Assembly: GCF_009834535.1 (NCBI RefSeq)
Contig: NC_045697.1
Span: 61,134,001 to 61,198,000, forward strand
Direction: 5' to 3'
DNA: 64,000 nucleotides
From: Camelus ferus
Taxonomy: Eukaryota
Shown: one piece after another, positions 37,942 through 51,139 of the stretch
Numbering within the stretch: the first letter of the stretch is position 1
Layout of the letters: each line of letters begins with the position of its first letter
The notes under the pieces: model-generated
Database searches by the model: none
What the model saw: the letters and a program-made list of their open reading frames with translations, nothing else
Told to the model about the DNA's origin: nothing
Translations under genes and position numbers: made by a program

Positions 37942-40900
37942 CAAATGTCAGTATTGATTTTATTCCTAGTACTTTGTACGTATGGAATCAGCAGAATACA
38001 CATAGTTATAAGAAACAAAAGTAAAACCACAGGTGAGAAGGGTTTCAGACTTTGTTTCTCCACTGGGGTGTTGGTTTAAAAAGTAGCCCAAAGGCATTTT
38101 GAGGATTTCTAATGAGATCTAAGAAACCAAAAATTTGAAGTACTGACCAATAGGCCATGGTTGGGGGAAGCAGCATGGACCTGCAGTGCTTGACTACAGG
38201 GCTTGGCTGGCTCCCAGTTTGTTGTGTCTCCAACATCATCTTCACCTACTGGTGATGTTAAATTAACTTTAGGCTGGCTTTGTGACAGGACAAAGGGAAA
38301 GTGAGGATTTATTAGACAATTTTTATAAGGGTCTTATAAGGTAAGAAAATTTAACATCCAAAATCAAGATAAAGTTTTAGATTCAGGGAGCTTAATTTGT
38401 TTTTTTCCCCCAGAAAAGAAAACAATACATAAGAAACATATGAAGGAGAAAAAAATATGTATCTATACACACATAAATATTTTATTTTTCAAATTGCTCT
38501 CTTCAAACTCCTAGGTTTTTAATACGTAAAAGCATGTTTTAAAAGAAAAGTACGTTTACAAATAATGTAATATGGCAATGATCTTATCATACCACTCGAT
38601 CCCTTCCCTTCATCTAAACCAAACATAAAATCATTTCTACAGGTGAAGCAGATAGCTTTTAATGAAATATGTGTATTCCAAAGTAGAAATTATAACACTT
38701 CAAAAGATTATTTTGAGTGTCCTTGAATTAGGATGGGCATTCTATAAGAAATCCCTTTTTGATAGGCTGTGTTATGGCAACTGGAAGAAGCTTAAAATAT
38801 TTGTATGAGGCTAGAGACAAGTTACAGAATATAACTAAATACTTAGAAAATTCTAACATCTATTAAAACATTGACATTTTTCAAAAAATTAAGTTAGTGT
38901 TCAATTCAGAAGCTACATTAATAAGAAAAGGAAGCTAGATAATCTAGAAATAAAACAACATAAAAGCTTAATGAGATAATAAATGTAGACTAAAAGGATG
39001 TTTCCTTGAAACAACTAATAAAAGTGGCACACTTTTGCAAAATAGATCAAGGAATAAAGAAAGGGTATGGAAAAATAGTATTAAAAATAAAGCCTTTTTA
39101 ACAACCATTATTGCAAGATGCTATGCAATATAAATGCTAGAATTTTGACAAGCAAAATGTACAACTTTCTAGAACTATAATTTACCAAATCTAATATAAA
39201 ACTTAGAAATGTACACTGTTTTATAGGTATTAAATAATCAAATCAATATTTAAAGGCTCCTCCCCAAATAAAGCATCAAACCTGTATTTTATTAGCAAGT
39301 TCTATCAAAACTTCAAATAATATATATTACCACTCTCATATAAACATTGAGATAATAGAAAAAAATGGAATGTCCTAATTTCCCTACATAAAGCAAGTAC
39401 ATCTTTGATGCAAGACCAGGCAGGACTCATGAAATAAATTAAAATTATCATCTAACTTCACAAATTATTGTAAATATATCATGCACAAAAATATGAGCAA
39501 ACTGAATACAATAAAGTTTTATGAAATAAACATACATCATAATCAGGTTCAGTATGTCACAGATATGCAAGTATAATTTATAATTAAAGTAATATGTTTT
39601 TAAATATATTAACATTTTAAGGTTGGAAACATACAATTAATGCAAAATACGAAGACTAGTATTTTATTAAAACATCTCAGCAACCTGTCAATATAAGTGA
39701 GCTTCCATAACTTCATGAAAAGATGTATCACACAGAATGTACTTTAAATTTAGCAGTTAAGAAAGAACTCCTTCTATTGAGAAATAAAATGTAGATACTA
39801 GCTGGTGAAGTTAAAAAATAATAAGTTTTATGTTCGGAAAGGAGAACACAAAAGAGCAATTTTTTCTTCATGCCCTTAATTATCCTCACAAGAATTTTAA
39901 GAAACTTAGTAGAGAATATTTGTAACATGTGAGATCATACAGTATCTATATCCAAAATTTGGATGTCTCCAACATCCAAAAACAGAAAGATTCGTTATTT
40001 TAATATGTATCATGCACAATAGTAGACAAAAATATCAATATTTTAAGATGTCTGACATGGATTTTTCATAAAGATACAGAGCTTTTCAGAAAAAAATATA
40101 AAATCTGTATCAAAAGACCTAAAAGAAGATCTGAACAAATGTAGAAATATATAAGACCTATACCATTTTATTTAAATTCTCAAAAGTTCTTTCATGAACT
40201 AACAACTGATCCTAAAAATTATGTGAAAAATAGTGGTCCATAATGAACAAAAAATTGGTAGAAATACTAGCTCTGTGGACTTACTTTTCCAACTGTCTTT
40301 GGGCAGTATTAACCAGCAGACCACTATAAACAGAATCACTTACATAGAAAAGTACGATATAAGACAGAGGAGGCATTGCACATATCATAACCATGACAGA
40401 TTTTTCAACAAATGATGCTGGAAAAATTGTCTATTTGTGTGGAAAAAAGATAAAGTAAAATCCCTAGCTTACACTATATAAAAAATAGAAACAGTAAAAA
40501 TTAAGGAAATGAATGTAAAGAACAAAATATATACTTATCACAGTCAATACATTCCATAGTGCCCCAAACATAAAATTTCTAAAATATAAATTTTTGTATA
40601 ATGACCTTCTTTCCCAATTGGGAAAGAACTTAGCTGTTATCTTCACAGATTTGGCTCTTCAAAAGGCACAGAAACTAACAGAGGAGCATCACTGACAAGC
40701 TTTCATTGCCTATCTGGTAATATTGTTTATAAGAAGAGCTAGAAAAGGGTGTTGTATGAACACATACTATGAAGTTGGCTGTGAAGAACTGATGATTATT
40801 TTTCAGTTATAGATGGTGAGGCAGTTTAGTTTGATTAATGATTAATTCTCTACAAGTGTACAGTTACAAATCTTATATCTATCAGACATAGTATCTTATA

Positions 40901-41178
40901 TCTATCAGATCTCTCTAGGACTTCAAAATGTTGGATAATATTGGGTAACGGAATATTTAAAAATTTATGTGCTTTACCCTCCTATATTCAACCCATTATC
41001 TGCCAATCTTATTTTGAAACCTGCCTTTTTTCTTTCATTCCTCCCGCTGACAGTACAAAGTAGACTATATCATGATGGCTCACATTCCAGCTACCAGAGT
41101 GAATAATCAGTGTTCAGTCATAGATTTGTCTCACCAATATGTGACCTGGGAAAATTCTGGACTTCTTTTTTTCTTATG
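37942..41178 (+). repeat. Copy 1 of a 3.24-kb triplicated segment
   Basis: Nearly identical to 44501-47742 (ORFs 38045-38245 and 44604-44804 are identical, offset 6559) and to the reverse complement of 41279-44497. Confidence 0.97.
38850..40600 (+). mobile_element. Very old L1 ORF2 remnant (L1ME-like) inside the triplicated segment
   Basis: aaagcaagtacatctttgatgcaagaccagg, gtaaatatatcatgcacaaaaat and atttttcaacaaatgatgctggaaaaattg follow the L1 ORF2 order. Confidence 0.6.
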
Positions 41179-41278
41179 NNNNNNNNNNNNNNNNNNNNNN
41201 NNNNNNNNNNNNNNNNNNNNNNNNNNNNNNNNNNNNNNNNNNNNNNNNNNNNNNNNNNNNNNNNNNNNNNNNNNNNNN
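41179..41278. other. Assembly gap (100 N)
   Basis: Exactly 100 N, the conventional placeholder for a gap of unknown size. Confidence 0.99.
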
Positions 41279-44200
41279 CATAAGAAAAAAAGAAGTCCAG
41301 AATTTTCCCAGGTCACATATTGGTGAGACAAATCTATGACTGAACACTGATTATTCACTCTGGTAGCTGGAATGTGAGCCATCATGATATAGTCTACTTT
41401 GTACTGTCAGCGGGAGGAATGAAAGAAAAAAGGCAGGTTTCAAAATAAGATTGGCAGATAATGGGTTGAATATAGGAGGGTAAAGCACATAAATTTTTAA
41501 ATATTCCGTTACCCAATATTATCCAACATTTTGAAGTCCTAGAGAGATCTGATAGATATAAGATACTATGTCTGATAGATATAAGATTTGTAACTGTACA
41601 CTTGTAGAGAATTAATCATTAATCAAACTAAACTGCCTCACCATCTATAACTGAAAAATAATCATCAGTTCTTCACAGCCAACTTCATAGTATGTGTTCA
41701 TACAACACCCTTTTCTAGCTCTTCTTATAAACAATATTACCAGATAGGCAATGAAAGCTTGTCAGTGATGCTCCTCTGTTAGTTTCTGTGCCTTTTGAAG
41801 AGCCAAATCTGTGAAGATAACAGCTAAGTTCTTTCCCAATTGGGAAAGAAGGTCATTATACAAAAATTTATATTTTAGAAATTTTATGTTTGGGGCACTA
41901 TGGAATGTATTGACTGTGATAAGTATATATTTTGTTCTTTACATTCATTTCCTTAATTTTTACTGTTTCTATTTTTATATAGTGTAAGCTAGGGATTTTA
42001 CTTTATCTTTTTTCCACACAAATAGACAATTTTTCCAGCATCATTGTTGAAAATCTGTCATGGTTATGATTATGTGCAATGCCTCCTCTGTCTTATATCG
42101 TACTTTTCTATGTAAGTGATTCTGTTTATAGTGGTCTGCTGGTTAATACTGCCCAAAGACAGTTGGAAAAGTAAGTCCACAGAGCTAGTATTTCTACCAA
42201 TTTTTTTGTTCATTATGGACCACTATTTTTCACATAATTTTTAGGATCAGTTGTTAGTTCATGAAAGAACTTTTGAGAATTTAAATAAAATGGTATAGGT
42301 CTTATATATTTCTACATTTGTTCAGATCTTCTTTTAGGTCTTTTGATACAGATTTTATATTTTTTCTGAAAAGCTCTGTATCTTTTATGAAAAATCCATG
42401 TCAGACATCTTAAAATATTGATATTTTTGTCTACTATTGTGCATGATACATATTAAAATAACGAATCTTTCTGTTTTGGATGTTGGAGACATCCAAATTT
42501 GGATATAGATACTGTATGATCTCACATGTTACAAATATTCTCTACTAAGTTTTTAAAATTCTTGTGAGGATAATTAAGGGCATGAAGAAAAAAATTGCTC
42601 TTTTGTGTTCTCCTTTCCGAACATAAAACTTATTATTTTTAACTTCACCAGCTAGTATCTACATTTTATTTCTCAATAGAAGGAGTTCTTTCTTAACTGC
42701 TAAATTTAAAGTACATTCTGTGTGATACATTTTCATGAAGTTATGGAAGCTCACTTATATTGACAGGTTGCTGAGATGTTTTAATAAAATACTAGTCTTC
42801 GTATTTTGCATTAATTGTATGTTTCCAACCTTAAAATGTTAATATATTTAAAAACATATTACTTTAATTATAAATTATACTTGCATATCTGTGACATACT
42901 GAACCTGATTATGATGTATGTTTATTTCATAAAACTTTATTGTATTCAGTTTGCTCATATTTTGTGCATGATAATTTACAATAATTTGTGAAGTTAGATG
43001 ATAATTTTAATTTATTTCATGAGTCCTGCCTGGTCTTGCATCAAAGATGTACTTGCTTTATGTAGGGAAATTAGGACATTCCATTTTTTCTATTATCTCA
43101 ATGTTTATATGAGAGTGGTAATATATTATTTGAAGTTTTGATAGAACTTGCTAATAAAATACAGGTTTGATGCTTTATTTGGGAGGAGCCTTTAAATATT
43201 GATTTGATTATTTAATACCTATAAAACAGTGTACATTTCTAAGTTTTTATTAGATTTGGTAAATTATAGTTCTAGAAAGTTGTACATTTTGCTTGTCAAA
43301 ATTCTAGCATTTATATTGCATAGCATCTTGCAATAATGGTTGTTAAAAAGGCTTTATTTTTAATACTATTTTTCCATACCCTTTCTTTATTCCTTGATCT
43401 ATTTGCCAAAAGTGTGCCACTTTTATTAGTTGTTTTTTCAAGGAAACATCCTTTTAGTCTACATTTATTATCTCATTAAGCTTTTATGTTGTTTTATTTC
43501 TAGATTATCTAGCTTCCTTTTCTTATTAATGTAGCTTCTGAATTGAACACTAACTTAATTTTTGAAAAATGTCAATGTTTAATAGATGAGAATTTTCTAA
43601 GTATTTAGTTATATTCTGTAACTTGTCTCTAGCCTCATACAAATTTTAAGCTTCTTCCAGTTGCCATAACACAGCCTATCAAAAAGGGATTTCTTATAGA
43701 ATGCCCATCCTAATTCAAGGACACTCAAAATAATCTTTTGAAGTGTTATAATTTCTACTTTGGAATACACATATTTCATTAAAAGCTATCTGCTTCACCT
43801 GTAGAAATGATTTTATGTTTGGTTTAGATGAAGGGAAGGGATCGAGTGGTATGATAAGATCATTGCCATATTACATTATTTGTAAACGTACTTTTCTTTT
43901 AAAACATGCTTTTACGTATTTAAAAACCTAGGAGTTTGAAGAGAGCAATTTGAAAAATAAAATATTTATGTGTGTATAGATACATATTTTTTCTCCTTCA
44001 TATGTTTCTTATGTATTGTTTTCTTTTCTGGGGGAAAAAACAAATTAAGCTCCCTGAATCTAAACTTTATCTTGATTTTGGATGTTAAATTTTCTTACCT
44101 TATAAGACCCTTATAAAATTGTCTAATAAATCCTCAATTTCCCTTTGTCCTGTCACAAAGCCAGCCTAAAGTTAATTTAACATCACCAGTAGGTGAAGAT

Positions 44201-44497
44201 GATGTTGGAGACACAACAAACTGGGAGCCAGCCAAGCCCTGTAGTCAAGCACTGCAGGTCCATGCTGCTTCCCCCAACCATGGCCTATTGGTCAGTACTT
44301 CAAATTTTTGGTTTCTTAGATCTCATTAGAAATCCTCAAAATGCCTTTGGGCTACTTTTTAAACCAACACCCCAGTGGAAGAAACAAAGTCTGAAACCTT
44401 CTCACCTGTGGTTTTACTTTTGTTTCTTATAACTATGGTATTCTCTGCTGATTCCATACGTACAAAGTACTAGGAATAAAATCAATACTGACATTTG
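41279..44497 (-). repeat. Copy 2 (inverted) of the triplicated segment
   Basis: Reverse complement of 37942-41178, with many small indels toward its right end. Confidence 0.97.
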
Positions 44498-44500
44498 GAC

Positions 44501-47500
44501 CAAATGTCAGTATTGATTTTATTCCTAGTACTTTGTACGTATGGAATCAGCAGAATACACATAGTTATAAGAAACAAAAGTAAAACCACAGGTGAGAAGG
44601 GTTTCAGACTTTGTTTCTCCACTGGGGTGTTGGTTTAAAAAGTAGCCCAAAGGCATTTTGAGGATTTCTAATGAGATCTAAGAAACCAAAAATTTGAAGT
44701 ACTGACCAATAGGCCATGGTTGGGGGAAGCAGCATGGACCTGCAGTGCTTGACTACAGGGCTTGGCTGGCTCCCAGTTTGTTGTGTCTCCAACATCATCT
44801 TCACCTACTGGTGATGTTAAATTAACTTTAGGCTGGCTTTGTGACAGGACAAAGGGAAAGTGAGGATTTATTAGACAATTTTTATAAGGGTCTTATAAGG
44901 TAAGAAAATTTAACATCCAAAATCAAGATAAAGTTTTAGATTCAGGGAGCTTAATTTGTTTTTTTCCCCCAGAAAAGAAAACAATACATAAGAAACATAT
45001 GAAGGAGAAAAAAATATGTATCTATACACACATAAATATTTTATTTTTCAAATTGCTCTCTTCAAACTCCTAGGTTTTTAAATACGTAAAAGCATGTTTT
45101 AAAAGAAAAGTACGTTTACAAATAATGTAATATGGCAATGATCTTATCATACCACTCGATCCCTTCCCTTCATCTAAACCAAACATAAAATCATTTCTAC
45201 AGGTGAAGCAGATAGCTTTTAATGAAATATGTGTATTCCAAAGTAGAAATTATAACACTTCAAAAGATTATTTTGAGTGTCCTTGAATTAGGATGGGCAT
45301 TCTATAAGAAATCCCTTTTTGATAGGCTGTGTTATGGCAACTGGAAGAAGCTTAAAATATTTGTATGAGGCTAGAGACAAGTTACAGAATATAACTAAAT
45401 ACTTAGAAAATTCTAACATCTATTAAAACATTGACATTTTTCAAAAAATTAAGTTAGTGTTCAATTCAGAAGCTACATTAATAAGAAAAGGAAGCTAGAT
45501 AATCTAGAAATAAAACAACATAAAAGCTTAATGAGATAATAAATGTAGACTAAAAGGATGTTTCCTTGAAACAACTAATAAAAGTGGCACACTTTTGGCA
45601 AAATAGATCAAGGAATAAAGAAAGGGTATGGAAAAATAGTATTAAAAATAAAGCCTTTTTAACAACCATTATTGCAAGATGCTATGCAATATAAATGCTA
45701 GAATTTTGACAAGCAAAATGTACAACTTTCTAGAACTATAATTTACCAAATCTAATATAAAACTTAGAAATGTACACTGTTTTATAGGTATTAAATAATC
45801 AAATCAATATTTAAAGGCTCCTCCCCAAATAAAGCATCAAACCTGTATTTTATTAGCAAGTTCTATCAAAACTTCAAATAATATATATTACCACTCTCAT
45901 ATAAACATTGAGATAATAGAAAAAAATGGAATGTCCTAATTTCCCTACATAAAGCAAGTACATCTTTGATGCAAGACCAGGCAGGACTCATGAAATAAAT
46001 TAAAATTATCATCTAACTTCACAAATTATTGTAAATATATCATGCACAAAAATATGAGCAAACTGAATACAATAAAGTTTTATGAAATAAACATACATCA
46101 TAATCAGGTTCAGTATGTCACAGATATGCAAGTATAATTTATAATTAAAGTAATATGTTTTTAAATATATTAACATTTTAAGGTTGGAAACATACAATTA
46201 ATGCAAAATACGAAGACTAGTATTTTATTAAAACATCTCAGCAACCTGTCAATATAAGTGAGCTTCCATAACTTCATGAAAAGATGTATCACACAGAATG
46301 TACTTTAAATTTAGCAGTTAAGAAAGAACTCCTTCTATTGAGAAATAAAATGTAGATACTAGCTGGTGAAGTTAAAAAATAATAAGTTTTATGTTCGGAA
46401 AGGAGAACACAAAAGAGCAATTTTTTTCTTCATGCCCTTAATTATCCTCACAAGAATTTTAAGAAACTTAGTAGAGAATATTTGTAACATGTGAGATCAT
46501 ACAGTATCTATATCCAAAATTTGGATGTCTCCAACATCCAAAACAGAAAGATTCGTTATTTTAATATGTATCATGCACAATAGTAGACAAAAATATCAAT
46601 ATTTTAAGATGTCTGACATGGATTTTTCATAAAAGATACAGAGCTTTTCAGAAAAAAATATAAAATCTGTATCAAAAGACCTAAAAGAAGATCTGAACAA
46701 ATGTAGAAATATATAAGACCTATACCATTTTATTTAAATTCTCAAAAGTTCTTTCATGAACTAACAACTGATCCTAAAAATTATGTGAAAAATAGTGGTC
46801 CATAATGAACAAAAAAATTGGTAGAAATACTAGCTCTGTGGACTTACTTTTCCAACTGTCTTTGGGCAGTATTAACCAGCAGACCACTATAAACAGAATC
46901 ACTTACATAGAAAAGTACGATATAAGACAGAGGAGGCATTGCACATAATCATAACCATGACAGATTTTTCAACAAATGATGCTGGAAAAATTGTCTATTT
47001 GTGTGGAAAAAAGATAAAGTAAAATCCCTAGCTTACACTATATAAAAAATAGAAACAGTAAAAATTAAGGAAATGAATGTAAAGAACAAAATATATACTT
47101 ATCACAGTCAATACATTCCATAGTGCCCCAAACATAAAATTTCTAAAATATAAATTTTTGTATAATGACCTTCTTTCCCAATTGGGAAAGAACTTAGCTG
47201 TTATCTTCACAGATTTGGCTCTTCAAAAGGCACAGAAACTAACAGAGGAGCATCACTGACAAGCTTTCATTGCCTATCTGGTAATATTGTTTATAAGAAG
47301 AGCTAGAAAAGGGTGTTGTATGAACACATACTATGAAGTTGGCTGTGAAGAACTGATGATTATTTTTCAGTTATAGATGGTGAGGCAGTTTAGTTTGATT
47401 AATGATTAATTCTCTACAAGTGTACAGTTACAAATCTTATATCTATCAGACATAGTATCTTATATCTATCAGATCTCTCTAGGACTTCAAAATGTTGGAT

Positions 47501-47742
47501 AATATTGGGTAACGGAATATTTAAAAATTTATGTGCTTTACCCTCCTATATTCAACCCATTATCTGCCAATCTTATTTTGAAACCTGCCTTTTTTCTTTC
47601 ATTCCTCCCGCTGACAGTACAAAGTAGACTATATCATGATGGCTCACATTCCAGCTACCAGAGTGAATAATCAGTGTTCAGTCATAGATTTGTCTCACCA
47701 ATATGTGACCTGGGAAAATTCTGGACTTCTTTTTTTCTTATG
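44501..47742 (+). repeat. Copy 3 of the triplicated segment
   Basis: Direct copy of 37942-41178 that continues into unique sequence at 47743. Confidence 0.97.
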
Positions 47743-47810
47743 TAAAATTGGGGCAATTATATATTTTATCAACCAACCTCATAATGTTGTTATGATTTTA
47801 AAATGAATAT
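47650..47810 (+). mobile_element. MIR fragment spanning the end of copy 3
   Basis: tgtgacctgggaaaatt...cttatgtaaaattggggcaatt...acctcataatgttgttatgattttaaaatga. Confidence 0.6.
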
Positions 47811-48588
47811 ATGTATATATACCTAGATCTATAGATAGATGCACACAAGATGCTATCAAAAGCATATATACATGCAAGATGCTATGAAAAAAATTGCTTT
47901 ACTGTGTTTTACTTTCCAAACATAAAATTTATTATTAGTTTTCAACTTCATCAGCTACAATCTGCATTACTTTTCTCAGTAGAAGGAGTTCTTGCCTAAT
48001 TTCTAATTTTAAAATACATTTAACTCACTCTTTTGATAAAACTATATAAGTGGTTAAATAGGTAGGTAGGTAAATAGACAGATATATGTTCACTTAGATC
48101 AATGCCTTTCCCAGAGTGCTCTATTAAAGACAGTTAACTAAATTTTTATTGGCTTCAGTAGTTGGGTCATTATCTCAATCCCCTAATTATCCCTTTCTCA
48201 CAATCTTTCTAACAAAAGAATGTCTCTACAGCATATATGAAACCGCTATCTGTCCCCCCAAACCTGCTTCCTCTTCTTGCAAGGCACACAACTAAACTGC
48301 ATTTTCTCACTTGTTGTAATTAGTTTTGGCCAGGTGACTAAGTTCCAACTGATGGTCTGTGAGCAGAAAGCACATCTGACTTTGAGTACTGGTAAATAAA
48401 AAGCCCCCATGCTTGTGCCACGTCTTTCTGTTTGATAATCTCAAAAGTGAATCTGCATGCAATATATAAAGGATAAAAGTGCAGGTATTACTCTAGGAAC
48501 CAATTAAACTTTCAAAGTGTATCAGCCCAAGCTTGCAACGTTATATGAAATGATTACATCATTTTTAAAGCAGTTAAAATTTGAGTAC

Positions 48589-49253
48589 TGTATTAGTATT
48601 CTCTGAAGAAACAGAACCAGTAAGATTAGATAGATGGTAGATAAATAGATAGATAGATAGATAGATAGATAGACAGATATCCACATATCCACATATAAAT
48701 AGTTAGATATAAATATCCATATATGTCTATACCTTTATATATTTTTATAGGAGTTGGCTTATGCAATTATGGAGGCTGAGAAGTCCCGCATCTGATGTCT
48801 TCTGGAGAACCAGGAAAGTGGGTGGTGCAGTGCAGTTCAAGTCTGAAGGCCTGAGAACCAGGGAAGCCAATGGTGTTTAAGTCTCAGTCCAACTCTAAAG
48901 GCCCAAGAATAGCGGATGGAAAGAGAGGGAGAGTGACGATATAAGGCCCAGCACAAATCTGAAGGCCAGAGACCGAAGAGCACCAACGTCAGAGGACAGG
49001 AGATGATAGATGTCCCAACTCAAGCAAAGGGCAAATTTTCTCTTCCTCCACCTTTTTGTTCTATTGAGACTCTTAGTGCATTGGATGATGCCCACCTGCA
49101 CTGATGAGAGCAATCTTCTTTACTCAGTCTACAGATTCAAATGCTCATCTCTTCTGGAAGCACCCTCATAGACACAATCGGAAATACTGTTTTACTAGCT
49201 TTCTGGGCATATTTTAGCCCTATTCATGTTGACATATAAAATTAACCACTGCA
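48589..49253 (-). mobile_element. ERVL LTR MLT2B-like, with internal (GATA)n
   Basis: tgtattag...agaaacagaaccagtaaga...ttggcttatgcaattatggaggctgagaagtccc...tttactcagtctacagattcaaatgct...gttgacatataaaattaaccac. Confidence 0.88.
48628..48680. repeat. (GATA)n microsatellite, imperfect
   Basis: Directly visible. Confidence 0.85.
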
Positions 49254-49524
49254 GATAGTGTATTTTACCAAAGTTTAGATTATCCTAAGTAATGCTATGT
49301 GTCATTCTCAGAATAAAAGCTTGCAATAACTCCTAACTGGATGTTATATTCCAAAATCAGGATCATTTTTGTTCAGTTGTTTGCCGTATTTTAAGCAAAG
49401 CATGGACTAATGAGAATGAACTCAGATGTTTAACCAGATAGCTAGTAGACCTAATATAATAAGATATCGAAGAATTGATGACTATCCAACTTGAAGATAA
49501 TGCTTACAGAGCTCATAACCCTTT

Positions 49525-49900
49525 TATTCATTCATTCATTCATCTATTCAAATTTAAATTACTGATTGCCTATAAGTTTTCATTTTCATTTTAATTCCTT
49601 GCCCTGGAATTGAAAAGATGATTTACAAAAAACATCTGTACCCAAGAGGCAGATAGCATTGTGGGTAGAATAAGACGAAATAAATAATTACAATAAATTA
49701 TAACGGATAATCTAAGGCATGCAGAGAACTACAACTTAGTAGAAATAATGGTTAACACAGCCAGGGTTTGAGGTTTGCAGATTTTTTGCAGAGGTGATAT
49801 TTGAGCTGATCCTTGTAGGATATGTAAGAATTTAAGAAAAACAAGGCCTAGATGGGCAACTGAAACAGAAAAAATAGTACAGAAAAAGCATAACATAGTT
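49525..49900. mobile_element. L2 3' fragment
   Basis: (ttca)n start, then gcagaggtgatatttgagctgatccttgtaggat. Confidence 0.5.
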
Positions 49901-50454
49901 TTCTTCAAATATTTTTTAGTGCTGTCACATGGAAGAGAGCACAGAATTGTTTGGTTTTGTTCAGAAATATCAGTAAGGGCATTTTCCATGGGAGGCTGAA
50001 CAGAGGATGTATAAAGCCCGTCATTTTCATGGTACTAAAACTGGACTTGATAGATGAACACAAACGGGCTTAGAGGAAAGCCTGAAAACACCAAAAGTGG
50101 TTTCCTCGATGACAGCTACCAAGTCAAGCAGAAAAGTGAACTTGAACCTGGTCATTCATCAAAGGAGCCAGGCAAATGCTAAATATGGAGACAGGTTTGT
50201 GGAATGAGAAATCGAAGAGCACTTTATTTTAAGAGCAAGATCACAGCAGATAAAGAGGAGTTGGTCTAGATTAATTCTGGAGGGTGAGGACTAAGGTCTG
50301 AGTGGCTTTTAAGCACCACCAGCTAGAGTTGGGTGAAAAAATGATCCTCGTAAATGTGCTGTGTAGAGACTTTGGAGAGAGGTTTTCTTTCAAGATAAAA
50401 AAGAACTTTAAATTTTTAAAATTATTTTCCTATTTCTTGCAATATATTCCTATC

Positions 50455-50894
50455 TGGAGTGGGTTGGAGTTTATCCCTCAAAAAAGATATGCTGGAGCCC
50501 TAACTCCGGGTATCTCTGGGTGTGCCTTTATTTGGAAGGACCTTTGCAGAGGTAATCAAGTTAAAATGAAGTCATTAGGGTGGATCCTAATCCAACATGA
50601 CTGGGATCCTTATAATAAGTGGAAATGTGGGCAGAGACAGGCACACAGGGAGAACTCCACATGAAGATAAAAGCAGAGATTAGAGTAAAGAATCTACAAG
50701 CCCAAGAATGCTAAAGATACACAGCAAATCACCCTCCGGGAGAGGCATGGAGTAGTCTCCCTCATAGCCCCAGAAGGGAAGCAATTTTGCTGTCACTTTG
50801 ATTTCGGATATCCAGATTTTAATACAATACGTGGCTCTTGTTTACAACACCCAGTTCATGGCATTTTGTTACGGCAACCCAGGAAACTAATACA
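50455..50894 (+). mobile_element. MaLR solo LTR (MLT1C-like)
   Basis: ccctcaaaaaagatatgctggagccctaac...ctttgcagaggtaatcaagttaaaatgaagtcattagggtgg...ttgttacggcaacccaggaaactaataca. Confidence 0.85.
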
Positions 50895-51139
50895 ATGATA
50901 ATTTACCGAAAATTTAACACTTGTTACATGCTCTGCTAGGTACTTTCCTCTCATGGTATTTGTTACAATTTCATTAAAGTATATTAAGTACAGCAATTAG
51001 CTCATATAAAATTTTACAATTTGTTCAGAATTTTCTGTAAATGGAATCAAACTAGGTACGAATGATTTGAAGATTGATCCTTGCTATTGCATATATCAGT
51101 AGTCCGTTTCTGTAATTTTCTCTTTTTTTCCTTCTTTCT

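Noticed and set aside
40871..40909. 16-bp direct repeat tcttatatctatcaga with a 7-bp spacer
   Set aside because: Small tandem duplication with no further structure; not an array.
41072..41385. Mirror-image 84-aa ORFs on both strands
   Set aside because: They read through the 100-N gap and exist only because of the palindromic assembly.
38045..44804. Three copies of a 66-79 aa ORF (MKMMLETQQ...) as a small gene family
   Set aside because: They follow from the triplication, use a non-ATG start and have no recognisable homology.
50302..50664. 120-aa ORF
   Set aside because: Runs into an MLT1C-like LTR; chance ORF with a non-ATG start.
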